Shown piece after piece: positions 19,236-29,138 of a stretch of 64,000 bases of DNA. A program made the translations under genes and the position numbers. The notes under the pieces were generated by a model. That model was not told the origin of the DNA, made no database searches, and was given only the letters and a program-made list of their open reading frames with translations. Position 1 is the first letter of the stretch; each line of letters starts with the position of its first letter. This stretch comes from Candidatus Bathyarchaeum tardum. GTDB taxonomy: Archaea > Thermoproteota > Bathyarchaeia > Bathyarchaeales > Bathyarchaeaceae. Location: contig CP122380.1 of the NCBI GenBank assembly GCA_024650005.2, positions 1,472,001 through 1,536,000 of the forward strand. The letters run 5' to 3'.

Positions 19236-19982
19236 TCATACACTGGAGCGTTTTAGTGCAACCATAGACATTGCAAAGAAGAATCCTGCATAACATAGAA
19301 GGGCAACTATAGAAAGCCAAGGGAAAGCTTGTTGTAAAGTTATTGCTCTTAAAGATTCGCTGGCGTGGGTCAAGGGCAAGAAGTATAGAACGATTTTGAG
19401 GGCTTCAGGAATTTGGGTTAACGAGAAGAAGGTTCCGCTAAGGAAGGTCATAGGTAATAATACTAGGCTGCTGACGGTGCTCATGTCTTGGTGGGATTTT
19501 GCCAAGAAGGAGACAAGGACTCCAAAGAATGAGAAAACAAAGCATGCGAGAACTAAAACTGTCATGAAAGCTAGGTCAATGTGAAGGGTTGGTGAAAGTA
19601 GAAAACCTACCAGTAGAAACGCAGTTGAAGTGAACAAGCCCCGTACTACGCCGATTAGGGCTTTTCCAATTATTATTGAGTATACGCTCACGGGTGACAT
19701 TAGGCATTCGTCAAAGGATCTGAAGAACAAGCGGTCAACGTTTAGTTTTTGTCCTGCACCACCAAAGCTGACCGACATTGAAGTTAATGCAATTATACCC
19801 GGAATAACAAATTCTAGGTAACTGTAGCCGTCAAAGTTGATTCCTTGACCTAATCCAAAGCCAAATGCTACAAGATACAAAAGGGGATTGATTAGGCTAG
19901 TAGAAAGGGTTCGAACCCAACGTCGCCTAAGGACACGCAGGTCCACCCATAAAACAGAATAAATATCGGTTAACATTCTCAT
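19236..19982 (-). CDS. ABC-2 type exporter permease
   Basis: Six TM segments, FVIPGI, FLSGTFF, LPLTH. Confidence 0.88.
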   Translation of the reverse strand: MRMLTDIYSVLWVDLRVLRRRWVRTLSTSLINPLLYLVAFGFGLGQGINFDGYSYLEFVIPGIIALTSMSVSFGGAGQKLNVDRLFFRSFDECLMSPVSVYSIIIGKALIGVVRGLFTSTAFLLVGFLLSPTLHIDLAFMTVLVLACFVFSFFGVLVSFLAKSHQDMSTVSSLVLLPMTFLSGTFFSLTQIPEALKIVLYFLPLTHASESLRAITLQQAFPWLSIVALLCYAGFFFAMSMVALKRSSV

Positions 19983-19987
19983 TTTTT

Positions 19988-20851
19988 TTAGCCCTCAATT
20001 ACTTTTTGTCCAGTTAATTCAACAAACACATCTTCCAGGTTTGATTCCCGAATGATGATAGTTTTCAAGTTCTGAGGCAACATTTGAACATAGTTTTTTG
20101 CTGCCGTTTCATCAGGAAAATAGTTGTATTGCGCACCTAGGTCTGCATCTAAGGTTTCCACTGCAAACAACCCAAGTTTTTTCCGCAGTTCCAAAGGCTT
20201 ACCAACGGTTACCAGTTTTCCTTGATGAAGGACTCCAACGCGGTTGCATAATGCTTCGGCTTCTTCGATGTAATGGGTTGTAAGAAAGATTGAGGTTCCA
20301 TCACGGTTTAGTTTGCGTATTAGTTCCCAGATTTTGCGGCGGGTTTGGGCGTCTAACCCTACTGTTGGTTCATCCAAAAACAGTATTTTTGGGCGATGAA
20401 TCAAAGCCCGAACAATCATGGCACGTTTTTTTAACCCCCCAGAAAGGGTCATGACCATGCGGTCTGCATATTCAGTTAAGCCAACAAATTCAAGCAATTC
20501 TTCGATACGTTGTTTGCGTTCAGCTCCTCTAATATGGTGCAAACGAGCATGCAGTTCCATGTTTTCCATTACGTTCAAGTCGCGATCCAGACTCATGTGC
20601 TGTTGAGCAATTCCGAATTCTTGTTTTACCTTATTGGATTGTGCTACTACATCAAAACCATTTACAATCGCCCGACCAGAAGTTGGCTTAGTCAAAGTGG
20701 TTAACATACGAATGGTAGTAGTTTTACCAGCACCGTTAGGACCTAAGAACCCAAAGACTTCTCCTGAATGGATGCTCAGATTCAAGTCTCGAACTGCTTT
20801 TACTTTGCCATAGTTTTTTGTTAAATTCTCTGTTACGATTATATCGTTCAC
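19988..20851 (-). CDS. ABC exporter ATP-binding protein (DrrA-like)
   Basis: GPNGAGKTT, LSGG, LFLDEPT. Confidence 0.92.
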   Translation of the reverse strand: MNDIIVTENLTKNYGKVKAVRDLNLSIHSGEVFGFLGPNGAGKTTTIRMLTTLTKPTSGRAIVNGFDVVAQSNKVKQEFGIAQQHMSLDRDLNVMENMELHARLHHIRGAERKQRIEELLEFVGLTEYADRMVMTLSGGLKKRAMIVRALIHRPKILFLDEPTVGLDAQTRRKIWELIRKLNRDGTSIFLTTHYIEEAEALCNRVGVLHQGKLVTVGKPLELRKKLGLFAVETLDADLGAQYNYFPDETAAKNYVQMLPQNLKTIIIRESNLEDVFVELTGQKVIEG

Positions 20852-20879
20852 TAATCAACTACTCCAGTTTGATTCAATC

Positions 20880-21656
20880 CTAAGCTTTTTTCATTCTTGC
20901 AACCCAAGCATCATGCTTTTTTATTGTCTCTGCAACGGCAACTTTGGTTGAAGCACCAATTAATTCCCCCAACTTTGTGTGCCCACCGGTATGCCGAACT
21001 TTTTTGTCAGGATCTGTTCCAGAAACAACAATCATGTTGTCCGTTCCTGTTCCTGTTGCCTGGTTTTGCGGAGAAACAGAGCTTCTGGCGTCCATGTCCT
21101 GAAGGGCAGCAGTTTTTGCTTCGGTACCAGTTATGATGCTTCGGGCAAGGGCACCATCAGTTAATGTAACGTTAGTTAACAAAATGATGTTGATAGTTCC
21201 AAGGGTGGTTAAATATTTTCCATCTTGTTCTATCCAGTTTGCCCCATCCACGCCAGACCGTAAAGCGTTACCTACTCCGCCAGTAGCTAAACAGCAAACA
21301 GTGCGGTCTTTGAAGGATTTTTCACATAATGCTAAATTGTTCATGTTTGCGCCAGTGCTCAAAAAGGTCAAGTCGTCATGGGTTAGTCCCAATAGACCAG
21401 GGAATCTTTCAGCAAAGGCATCATAATCTTTCATGGTGCTTTTTGACAGTTCAAAAGGTTGATAATGATTAGCCACATGGCGTACTTCTCGGTAACCTTC
21501 CAAAGTTGAAATAACGCGACGTTTTTGGTTAAAAGAAACAAGTAAAGTGTTAACGTCAACGTTTTGATAATTATGGTAAAGAACTTCTGCCTTCACATTT
21601 TCTAGGTTTAGCTTGATTTCTTTTCTGTTCATTTTTTCTGCCCCAAATGTTACCAA
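20880..21656 (-). CDS. cbiZ: Adenosylcobinamide amidohydrolase
   Basis: GTINIIL, TEAKTAALQD, ATGTGTD, GGHTKLGELIG. Confidence 0.88.
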   Translation of the reverse strand: MVTFGAEKMNRKEIKLNLENVKAEVLYHNYQNVDVNTLLVSFNQKRRVISTLEGYREVRHVANHYQPFELSKSTMKDYDAFAERFPGLLGLTHDDLTFLSTGANMNNLALCEKSFKDRTVCCLATGGVGNALRSGVDGANWIEQDGKYLTTLGTINIILLTNVTLTDGALARSIITGTEAKTAALQDMDARSSVSPQNQATGTGTDNMIVVSGTDPDKKVRHTGGHTKLGELIGASTKVAVAETIKKHDAWVARMKKA

Positions 21657-21718
21657 AGTTTGTTTTTGATTGTTTTAATATTAACTGAGAAGATTATTGT
21701 CTTTTTAGTTTGGGCATG

Positions 21719-22543
21719 TTAAGCTTTTGTCATAATTTTTGGTGGCAGAATGTTTTCAAGATTTACAGTTTCTGATTGTAAAGGTGTAACTTGGGGTTGA
21801 CCAACAATAGATTTTGTTACTTTGGATTTTATTCCGTAAACTGCTTGGATGTTTTCTTCGGTCATCACAGTTTCTGGAGTTCCAACAGCAAAAACTGAGC
21901 CGTCTTTGAGCAACAGCAACCTGTCAGAGTACCTACATGCAAGGTTTAGGTCGTGTATTGAAATGATTACAGAGCAGTGTTTCCGTTCAGCTAAGGTCCT
22001 TAGAATGCATAAGATTTCTAGTTGATGTCGAATATCTAACGAACTTGTTGGTTCATCCAAAAGCAAGATTTCGGGTTGTTGAGCTAAGGCGCGGGCGATG
22101 ATGACTTTTTGTTGTTCGCCACCACTGAGTTCATTAAAGTAGCGCATCCCCAAGTGACCAATACCAAGATAGTCTAAGATTTTAGCAACGATTTCTTTGT
22201 CGTTTCTGCCTAGACTCCATTGAATATATGGTCTTCTGCCCATTAAAACAACATCAAAAACAGTGAAAGGAAAAACATTCTTAGAACTCTGGGGAACATA
22301 ACCCATCACCTTGGCTAATTCTTTGAGTCCAATTTTTGAAACATCTTGGCCATCAATTAGTATCGTGTTTTGTTCAGTTTTTAGGACTCGGTTCATGCAT
22401 TTTAGTAGAGTACTTTTTCCAGAACCATTTGGACCTACAATACCCAATACTTCACCAAATCTTACATTTAGGTTTAATTCGTTTAAGACAGAATTTCCAT
22501 TGTAGCTAAACGATAGATTGTTTATTTCTAGTTTCAACCCCAA
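21719..22543 (-). CDS. Cobalamin/iron-chelate ABC importer ATPase (BtuD/FepC-like)
   Basis: GPNGSGKST, LSGGEQQ, LDEPTSSLD..HQ, HDLNLA. Confidence 0.9.
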   Translation of the reverse strand: MGLKLEINNLSFSYNGNSVLNELNLNVRFGEVLGIVGPNGSGKSTLLKCMNRVLKTEQNTILIDGQDVSKIGLKELAKVMGYVPQSSKNVFPFTVFDVVLMGRRPYIQWSLGRNDKEIVAKILDYLGIGHLGMRYFNELSGGEQQKVIIARALAQQPEILLLDEPTSSLDIRHQLEILCILRTLAERKHCSVIISIHDLNLACRYSDRLLLLKDGSVFAVGTPETVMTEENIQAVYGIKSKVTKSIVGQPQVTPLQSETVNLENILPPKIMTKA

Positions 22544-23610
22544 CTTTGCCTCCTTCTACTTAACAATATGTAAATGAAGAACGGGACACCCAACAGTGAA
22601 GTGATAATTCCAACAGGAAACTCCACAGGGGGCATAACTGTTCGTGCTAATGTATCCGCTGCTAAAAGCAAACAAGCACCAATGCCAGTACAGCAAGGTA
22701 AAAGGAATCTGTGGTCGCTGCCGATTATCATTCTAGCGAGGTGAGGAGAAATCAAGCAGATAAAACCAATGACTCCTGTAAATGATACTATAGTTGATGT
22801 TGCAAGAGTTCCTAAAATCATGGAAAGCAGTAATACTCGTTTAGAGTTAACTCCAAGACTAGTTGCTACATCTTCTCCTAGACTCATGACGTTAAGGTCC
22901 CATGACTGCTTCATCATCAAAAGGATAGAAAACAGCACAATAGGAACAGTAATTATAACACTAGTCCATGACGCTTTTTGGAAAGAACCTAAAAGCCAAA
23001 AAACCACAGCTCGAACTGCTTCGTGTTCGGGAGCCAAGAATTGAATTAATGAAAGTAAAGCAGAAAACAAGAATCCAACTGCTACACCTGCTAAAATTAC
23101 GGTTTCAGAGGAGATTCCCCGTATACGAGCAATACCTAATACTAAAAGCATTGCAAGAAAGCTAAAGAAAAATGCGTTAATAACAGTCACGTAATTGGCA
23201 TATTGTGACAACACGCCCACACCAAATACGATTGATAACGCTGCACCGAATCCTGCTGCTGAAGAAATCCCCAAAATATAAGAAGAAACCAAAGGATTTC
23301 GTAAGACTCCTTGCATTACAGCACCAGAAGCTGCAAGACCAGCTCCAGCAATTATTGCCAATACAATTCTGGGAAGTCTAAGGTCCATAATAATTATCTG
23401 GGTAATTGTTGACTCGAGGCTAAAATCGAAAGATGGAAAAATTTTATGCATAATAACATTGAAAGCTTCATCAAATCCTGGTGATCCCGCACCAAGGCTA
23501 ACTGCAACAACAGCAGTTACAGCTAAAACTACTAAAATACAAATAATTGCAAGAACCTTGCGGCTCCTGCCTTTGGAATAAAGGGTTTCTAATTCGGCAG
23601 CTGTACTCAT
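22534..23610 (-). CDS. Cobalamin/iron-chelate ABC importer permease (BtuC/FecCD-like)
   Basis: LRLPRI, MQGVLRNPL, ATSLGVN, GVPFF. Confidence 0.9.
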   Translation of the reverse strand: MSTAAELETLYSKGRSRKVLAIICILVVLAVTAVVAVSLGAGSPGFDEAFNVIMHKIFPSFDFSLESTITQIIIMDLRLPRIVLAIIAGAGLAASGAVMQGVLRNPLVSSYILGISSAAGFGAALSIVFGVGVLSQYANYVTVINAFFFSFLAMLLVLGIARIRGISSETVILAGVAVGFLFSALLSLIQFLAPEHEAVRAVVFWLLGSFQKASWTSVIITVPIVLFSILLMMKQSWDLNVMSLGEDVATSLGVNSKRVLLLSMILGTLATSTIVSFTGVIGFICLISPHLARMIIGSDHRFLLPCCTGIGACLLLAADTLARTVMPPVEFPVGIITSLLGVPFFIYILLSRRRQSWG

Positions 23611-26597
23611 GGATAAGCATAGACTCCAGGTATGTCAGTTCCAAAGAATTGTTGATTAAGTTCATCAATTACAGTTGCAGGATCAATGTCTTCAAACAGA
23701 GTTGGCTGGCACCATTTTGCCCAGTAAAGATAACCAATGACACATCGTATTCCGCCCCGAGCAACAAAATCGTAAATGTAGACTTGTTCATTTTCGATCG
23801 CAGTTACTCCGCTTAATTCAGGACGGCTGAAGATTTCAGCCCTCATTGCAATAAAATCTGCTTCATCATGTTCAGTGCTACTGATTGCACGGATGATTAT
23901 GTCAGGATTTTGTTCTACCACAAATTCTGCACTTAAGGTTGGGGCGTACTCAGTTTGGTTTTCGGCAATGTTTATTCCTCCTGCTTGATCTAAACCAGGA
24001 GTAACAAAAGTCTGGTAAGGTTGATACCACTCAAGCAAAACTTTAGGCATTTCAGCTTCAGTTAAGTTTTCTAGGCTTTCTTGAACCAAAACATTGTAGT
24101 ATTGTACGTAATCGATGTATTCGTTTGCTGTTTCTTCTTCTCCAACTATTTTGGCGATTGTGCTAACCAATTTACAGGTAAAATCTATTACAGTTTCATT
24201 GGACTCAGCAGAAGGTTCAGGATCGGAAGGGTCAGCAATGAAAACAGTTAGACCCGCAGCTAAGAGTTGGTCGTAAAGTTCTGTATTATAAGGCAGCATT
24301 GCATCAGCAAATAGTACGTCGGGTTCTAGTTCAAGTATCAACTCCACATTAGGCATATAAGAGTTGTCAGCAACAACAGGTATGTCCAAAACAGAAGGAG
24401 GCAGAGTAGAGCTTTTGTCACGACCTACGATGATGTTTTCGCATCCGAGGGCAGACAGAATTTCAGTTAACCCAGAATTGATGCTTACTACACGTTCCAC
24501 AGGCAGATTAAGGGTCATTTCTGTATCGTTGCCATCTACAACTGTAACAATTTCGGGGTAAGCATAAACATCGTCAATATCTTCTCCAAAGAATTGTTGA
24601 ATCATTTCTTCATGTATTGCACCGGGGTCAATGTCTGCAAACAGGCTAGGATTAAACCATTTCGCCCAATATAGCAATCCAATGGGGTATCGTAGTCCTT
24701 GAAAAACTACAGAACCATAAATGTAAACGCGATCTTCTGAAACTGCAGTTGTTCCGCTTAATCCTGAACGGGAAAGTAGTTCTGCGCGTAGACTTTGAAT
24801 TCCAGTGAAGTTACTTCCGGAGCTTGCCATTCGAATTATTACATCAGGGTCTTGTTCGGTTACAAATTCGGGACTTAATGTGGGAGAAGAATCATCTGAA
24901 TTCCCAGAAGCAATGTTTATTCCCCCCGCCTTAAGGATAATTTCATGACTGGAACTGCCTTCAGCAAAACTTAGCCATTCGTTGTTCCATTCAATGTAAA
25001 CTTTAGGTTTCTCGCTTTCTTCTAGAGTTTCTGTACGGTCAATAACTAGGTTTTCGTATTGTTCCATGAAATCAATTATGCTTTCTGCGTTTTCGGAGTT
25101 TTGTAAGATGTTACCAAAGTATGTAACCATTTCAGGCAATCGGGTAAAATTGCTAGAGGATTCCATGATAACAGGTATACCTGCGTTTCGAATTGTTTCT
25201 AGTTCTTCGGTTTTATAGGATAACATGGTATCAGCAATCAACAAATCAGGGTTTAATTCTAGAATCATTTCGAGATTTGGAGTGTATGAAGTTCCACCAA
25301 CTACAGTTGCATCCAAAATAGATTCAGGGAAAAGAGAGTTTTCATCTCTTCCAACTATGCGGTCGTCGCCACCTAGGGCACACAAAAGTTCAGTTAATCC
25401 AGGGTTCATACAAACTATTGTTTCCACAGGAAGAGTGAGTTCAACTTGATTTCCTTTTGCGTCCACAATCAAAAGGGTTTCAGGTACACTAGGTTCAGTT
25501 GGTTCAGTAGGTTCTACGATTTCTTCCGGGTAAACAAACACCCCAGAAACGCTTGCGCCAAAGAATGTTTGAACATATTCTTGATGTATTACAGCAGGAT
25601 TGATGTCTTCGAAAAGGGTGGGATGAAACCATTTTGCCAGATACAATAAACCAATTGGTCGTCTTCCAACTAAAGCGGTGTTTTTGATGATATATACGTC
25701 TTCATTTTGTACTGCAATTGTGTCTTCTAATCCGACACGATTCATAAGACCCTCATGTAAAGCTTGAAAATCATCTAGTGTTTCTCCGTCGTAGAAAGTT
25801 AACATTCGAACAATCATGTCAGGGTTGGATTCTGCAACAAACTCGGCACTTACATCCATGGATGAAACTGGCTGGTCACCGGCGATGTTAATTGCTCCAG
25901 CGGTGATAATCATCTCTGTGTATGAGCCGTTGGCTCCACTGCTGTACCAATCTTTGTACCATTCAAAGTACACTGTAGGTTTTTCTGCATCGGTCAAATT
26001 TGCGACCCGGTCTTTGATAAGGTCTTCATAGTAGGCCTCAAATTCAAGAAAGTTGTTAGCTTCGTCTTGTGCATCTAAAATCAAGCCAAGATTCTGAAGG
26101 TAAGTTTCTCGTCGGGGATAAGTAGAACTTTCTTCAAGAACTGCAACTCCTGCGGCTTCAAGAGCTGCTCTGTTTTCGTCAGATAGTCTTTGGCTGGCAA
26201 TTACCAGATCGGGTTCAAGTTCCAGAATTAACTCCAAATTTGCAGTGGAATCAGTATCTCCAACAATAGGTAAATCCACAACAGATTGGGGAAGAATTGC
26301 TTCTTCATCAGTAGTTAGTTTTACACGTCCCACAATTTTGTCTTGACAACCTAAAGCACTAATGAACTCAGCACCAATCATCGCAACTATACGATTGACA
26401 GGCTTTGTTATTGTTACTTCAGTGTCACTTACATCAACAACGGTAACTGTCACGGGTTCAGGTTCATTATACTCAGGCGTTGGTTCAGTTCCTGAAAAAA
26501 AGTGACTGTAAGCGCCATAAGAGCTGCCAATAATCACTACTATAAGTATTGCACCTAAGATAATTTGTCTATTTTTTGTGTTTACAAATCTACTCAT
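23607..26597 (-). CDS. Membrane-anchored substrate-binding protein with three tandem BtuF-like domains
   Basis: N-terminal TM helix; three ~310-aa repeats, each with ILELxPD and ending YxAKWxxPxLFxDIxP...YP. Confidence 0.88.
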   Translation of the reverse strand: MSRFVNTKNRQIILGAILIVVIIGSSYGAYSHFFSGTEPTPEYNEPEPVTVTVVDVSDTEVTITKPVNRIVAMIGAEFISALGCQDKIVGRVKLTTDEEAILPQSVVDLPIVGDTDSTANLELILELEPDLVIASQRLSDENRAALEAAGVAVLEESSTYPRRETYLQNLGLILDAQDEANNFLEFEAYYEDLIKDRVANLTDAEKPTVYFEWYKDWYSSGANGSYTEMIITAGAINIAGDQPVSSMDVSAEFVAESNPDMIVRMLTFYDGETLDDFQALHEGLMNRVGLEDTIAVQNEDVYIIKNTALVGRRPIGLLYLAKWFHPTLFEDINPAVIHQEYVQTFFGASVSGVFVYPEEIVEPTEPTEPSVPETLLIVDAKGNQVELTLPVETIVCMNPGLTELLCALGGDDRIVGRDENSLFPESILDATVVGGTSYTPNLEMILELNPDLLIADTMLSYKTEELETIRNAGIPVIMESSSNFTRLPEMVTYFGNILQNSENAESIIDFMEQYENLVIDRTETLEESEKPKVYIEWNNEWLSFAEGSSSHEIILKAGGINIASGNSDDSSPTLSPEFVTEQDPDVIIRMASSGSNFTGIQSLRAELLSRSGLSGTTAVSEDRVYIYGSVVFQGLRYPIGLLYWAKWFNPSLFADIDPGAIHEEMIQQFFGEDIDDVYAYPEIVTVVDGNDTEMTLNLPVERVVSINSGLTEILSALGCENIIVGRDKSSTLPPSVLDIPVVADNSYMPNVELILELEPDVLFADAMLPYNTELYDQLLAAGLTVFIADPSDPEPSAESNETVIDFTCKLVSTIAKIVGEEETANEYIDYVQYYNVLVQESLENLTEAEMPKVLLEWYQPYQTFVTPGLDQAGGINIAENQTEYAPTLSAEFVVEQNPDIIIRAISSTEHDEADFIAMRAEIFSRPELSGVTAIENEQVYIYDFVARGGIRCVIGYLYWAKWCQPTLFEDIDPATVIDELNQQFFGTDIPGVYAYP

Positions 26598-28618
26598 GCA
26601 TTTTCACAACCAAAATTTGTGTTTATTATTCCATAATTTTGAGGCAAATTGCTACGAACTGCAGAAGCAATTGGTGCGGCACTCAATTCTTCTAAGCGCA
26701 GATATTTTCCACCCATTTCAGAACATATCTGGTTCACCAAACCAAAGGAAATAAAATCCCGTTCGGTATCAATGGCAATTGATTTAATTCCAGCAGATTT
26801 GATTGCACGAGCCATTGTTTTTGCTTCTTCTACGGGGTCGCCATCATACATGTTGACGTTTGCTCGACCATCAGAAACTAAAGCCAAAAGAGGAATTGCT
26901 TCTTTGTCTCTTCGCATACAGTCACGGATAGTGTCTAACCCAGACTTCAAGCCATGAGCAAGGGGCGTACGACCACCAGTAGGAAGTCGTGCTAAACACT
27001 TTTGGGCTAATTCCACACTGCTGGTTGGAGGAAGAATAACTTCAGCGCAGTTTTTCCGGAAAGCAATCATTCCCACTCGGTCACGACGTTGATAAGCATC
27101 AATCAAAAGAGACAAAATAGCACCTTTAGTTGCAACCATACGTTCTTGGGCAGCCATTGAACCGCTAGCGTCAACAACAAACACGATTAAATTGCCCATT
27201 TTCTTTTCTCGAACTTTCTGGCGAAGATCAGATTTTTCAATAAGCAACACATTTTCGCTGTTAGATTCTTCTCTTCTCCTGTTTTGACAAAGAGCAGCAG
27301 CCCGCAAAGTAGCATCAAAAGCAAGGTCAGTAACTTTTCCTTTAGGAATTGCACTAGAAACATAACGACCAGATTTTGAATTGGTTCTAGTTTTTGACCT
27401 TCGACCTGAGCCACTGCGTTGCATCTCATCCAAAACTGGAGTTTCCAAAGGCTTCACTTTTCCGGGAGAATCAGCTTCGAAAACTTGTTCCTGTTGTGGC
27501 TGTTCATTTTCTAAAGGGGAATCAGACGAGGAATCTTCCTGAGGGGAATTACTTTCAGAAGGGGATTGTTGCTCTTGGTTTTGTTTCCATTTATTGATGT
27601 TGTCTTGAATTTGCTGTTGTTCTTGTTTTGGTTCCTCAAAGGGTTGACGACGAAGACGATGAGGAAGTGCCAGTTCTGCAGCTTCACGGACATCTTCTTC
27701 GGTTACTTCGGTTCTTCCTCTGAAGGCGGCTATTGTGCATGCAGTTTTGTAGATTGTAATGTCTGCCCGGTGACCATCAACAGCAAAGTCTACACAGATT
27801 TGAGTAATCAAGTCAAGCAAATCATCATTTAATTTAACTTTGGGCAAAAGATTGGTTGCATCAACTATCTTTTTGCGCATCTTTTCTTGTTCTTCATGAC
27901 AACTATCAACAAACCCTTGAGGATCAAATTCAAAGGCTACCCGCCTTCGGACGATTTCTGCGCGGGCTTCACGGTATGGAATGCCTTTTACTTCAACTGT
28001 TAATCCAAAACGGTCTAGAAGTTGGGGGCGAAGGTCTCCTTCTTCAGGGTTCATTGTTCCTACTAAAACAAAATGGGAAGGATGACTGAAAGAAACTCCT
28101 TCTCGTTCGACAAAGTTAATGCCCATTGCGGCAGCGTCCAAAAGAACGTCAACAAGGTGGTCATCTAGCAGGTTTACTTCGTCTATGTAGAGTATGCTTC
28201 GGTTAGCCTCGGCTAGAAGTCCTGGTTCGAAATGTTTTTCTCCAGTTTTTATTGCTTTTTCGATGTCAATTGTACCTACGAGGCGGTCTTCTGTTGCGCC
28301 TATAGGTAAATCAACAACAGATACTGACCGTTTTCTAACGGGGAGTTTTTTTCCTTTGGCAAGTTTGGTGCTACAGCTATCACACATTTCTTTTTGGTTA
28401 ATGGGATCACAATGGAAAGGGCAATCAGCAACTACATCGACTTCAGGCAATAGATGGGCTAATGCTCTTACTGCCATTGATTTTCCAGTTCCTTTTTCCC
28501 CTCTTAGTAAGACTCCGCCAATTTTTGGGTTTATGACGTTAAGTATTAATGCCATTTTCATGGTTTCTTGTCCGACAATTGCGGAGAAGGGGTATACTGT
28601 TTTGGTTCGCCAGCGCAT
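26594..28618 (-). CDS. Chelatase medium subunit (ChlD/ChlI-D type, AAA+ plus vWA), probable CobN partner
   Basis: YPFSAIVGQ, GEKGTGKS, YIDEVNLL, Q/S/E-rich linker, DASGSM MIDAS motif. Confidence 0.9.
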   Translation of the reverse strand: MRWRTKTVYPFSAIVGQETMKMALILNVINPKIGGVLLRGEKGTGKSMAVRALAHLLPEVDVVADCPFHCDPINQKEMCDSCSTKLAKGKKLPVRKRSVSVVDLPIGATEDRLVGTIDIEKAIKTGEKHFEPGLLAEANRSILYIDEVNLLDDHLVDVLLDAAAMGINFVEREGVSFSHPSHFVLVGTMNPEEGDLRPQLLDRFGLTVEVKGIPYREARAEIVRRRVAFEFDPQGFVDSCHEEQEKMRKKIVDATNLLPKVKLNDDLLDLITQICVDFAVDGHRADITIYKTACTIAAFRGRTEVTEEDVREAAELALPHRLRRQPFEEPKQEQQQIQDNINKWKQNQEQQSPSESNSPQEDSSSDSPLENEQPQQEQVFEADSPGKVKPLETPVLDEMQRSGSGRRSKTRTNSKSGRYVSSAIPKGKVTDLAFDATLRAAALCQNRRREESNSENVLLIEKSDLRQKVREKKMGNLIVFVVDASGSMAAQERMVATKGAILSLLIDAYQRRDRVGMIAFRKNCAEVILPPTSSVELAQKCLARLPTGGRTPLAHGLKSGLDTIRDCMRRDKEAIPLLALVSDGRANVNMYDGDPVEEAKTMARAIKSAGIKSIAIDTERDFISFGLVNQICSEMGGKYLRLEELSAAPIASAVRSNLPQNYGIINTNFGCENA

Positions 28619-28790
28619 TAGTAATCTTCCTTTTTGTTTTCTGGAGTTTGCATTGAAAGGTAATCATCAACAAAATATCGTGCATAATTTGTGTTAGCAC
28701 AGATTAAACAAAAATGAAGTGGGGTAGGCACCATTTTGTAGAGGGATAGTTGATGTTTTGTTTGTTTTTCTTTCAATGCAACCCATCCAG

Positions 28791-28807
28791 TTGGATGGTT
28801 TATCCAA
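28791..28807. promoter_or_regulatory. Palindromic operator TTGGAT-N5-ATCCAA at the chelatase/btu operon promoter
   Basis: Perfect inverted half-sites, just downstream of a minus-strand TTTATTAA box. Confidence 0.7.
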
Positions 28808-29056
28808 TACACAGTTAATAAAACTTTGTTTAACCTAGGTTGAATTTGAGTTGAATAAATCATAATTGAAAGACCAATAGAATTAGTAAAAACAAAAGCA
28901 ATATAATAATCAATATTCAAAACATTTTAGAAAAACAGAGAACACCAACAATATTAAGAATCATTAACTTGCACAAAAATACATATCGCACAAAAAAGAA
29001 ATGTAAAAAACTTAAGGATAACATCAAAAAATAAACATGACATCAGCCAAACATTT

Positions 29057-29073
29057 TTGGATGGCTAATCCAA
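29057..29073. promoter_or_regulatory. Palindromic operator TTGGAT-N5-ATCCAA at the regulator promoter
   Basis: Perfect half-sites abutting a BRE/TATA-like CCAAAAACTTATAT. Confidence 0.7.
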
Positions 29074-29138
29074 CCAAAAACTTATATTTTGATAAACTAC
29101 ACCTAAAAGAAGGTTGAAAGCATAAACAGGTATCCATA

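Noticed and set aside
27450-27650. Programmed frameshift in chlD producing both I and D subunits
   Set aside because: The frame is continuous and the linker has no obvious slippery poly-A run
28619-28790. Canonical cobalamin riboswitch
   Set aside because: No GGGAA / GCCACTG B12-box elements seen here or in the cobN and cbiB leaders
28830-28845. TTAACC-N2/3-GGTTGAA palindrome, also near 37521
   Set aside because: Spacer length differs between the two copies and there are only two; too weak to call
28618-28920. 100-aa minus-strand ORF upstream of the chelatase
   Set aside because: It spans the operator, TATA box and structured leader and has no recognisable motifs; probably spurious
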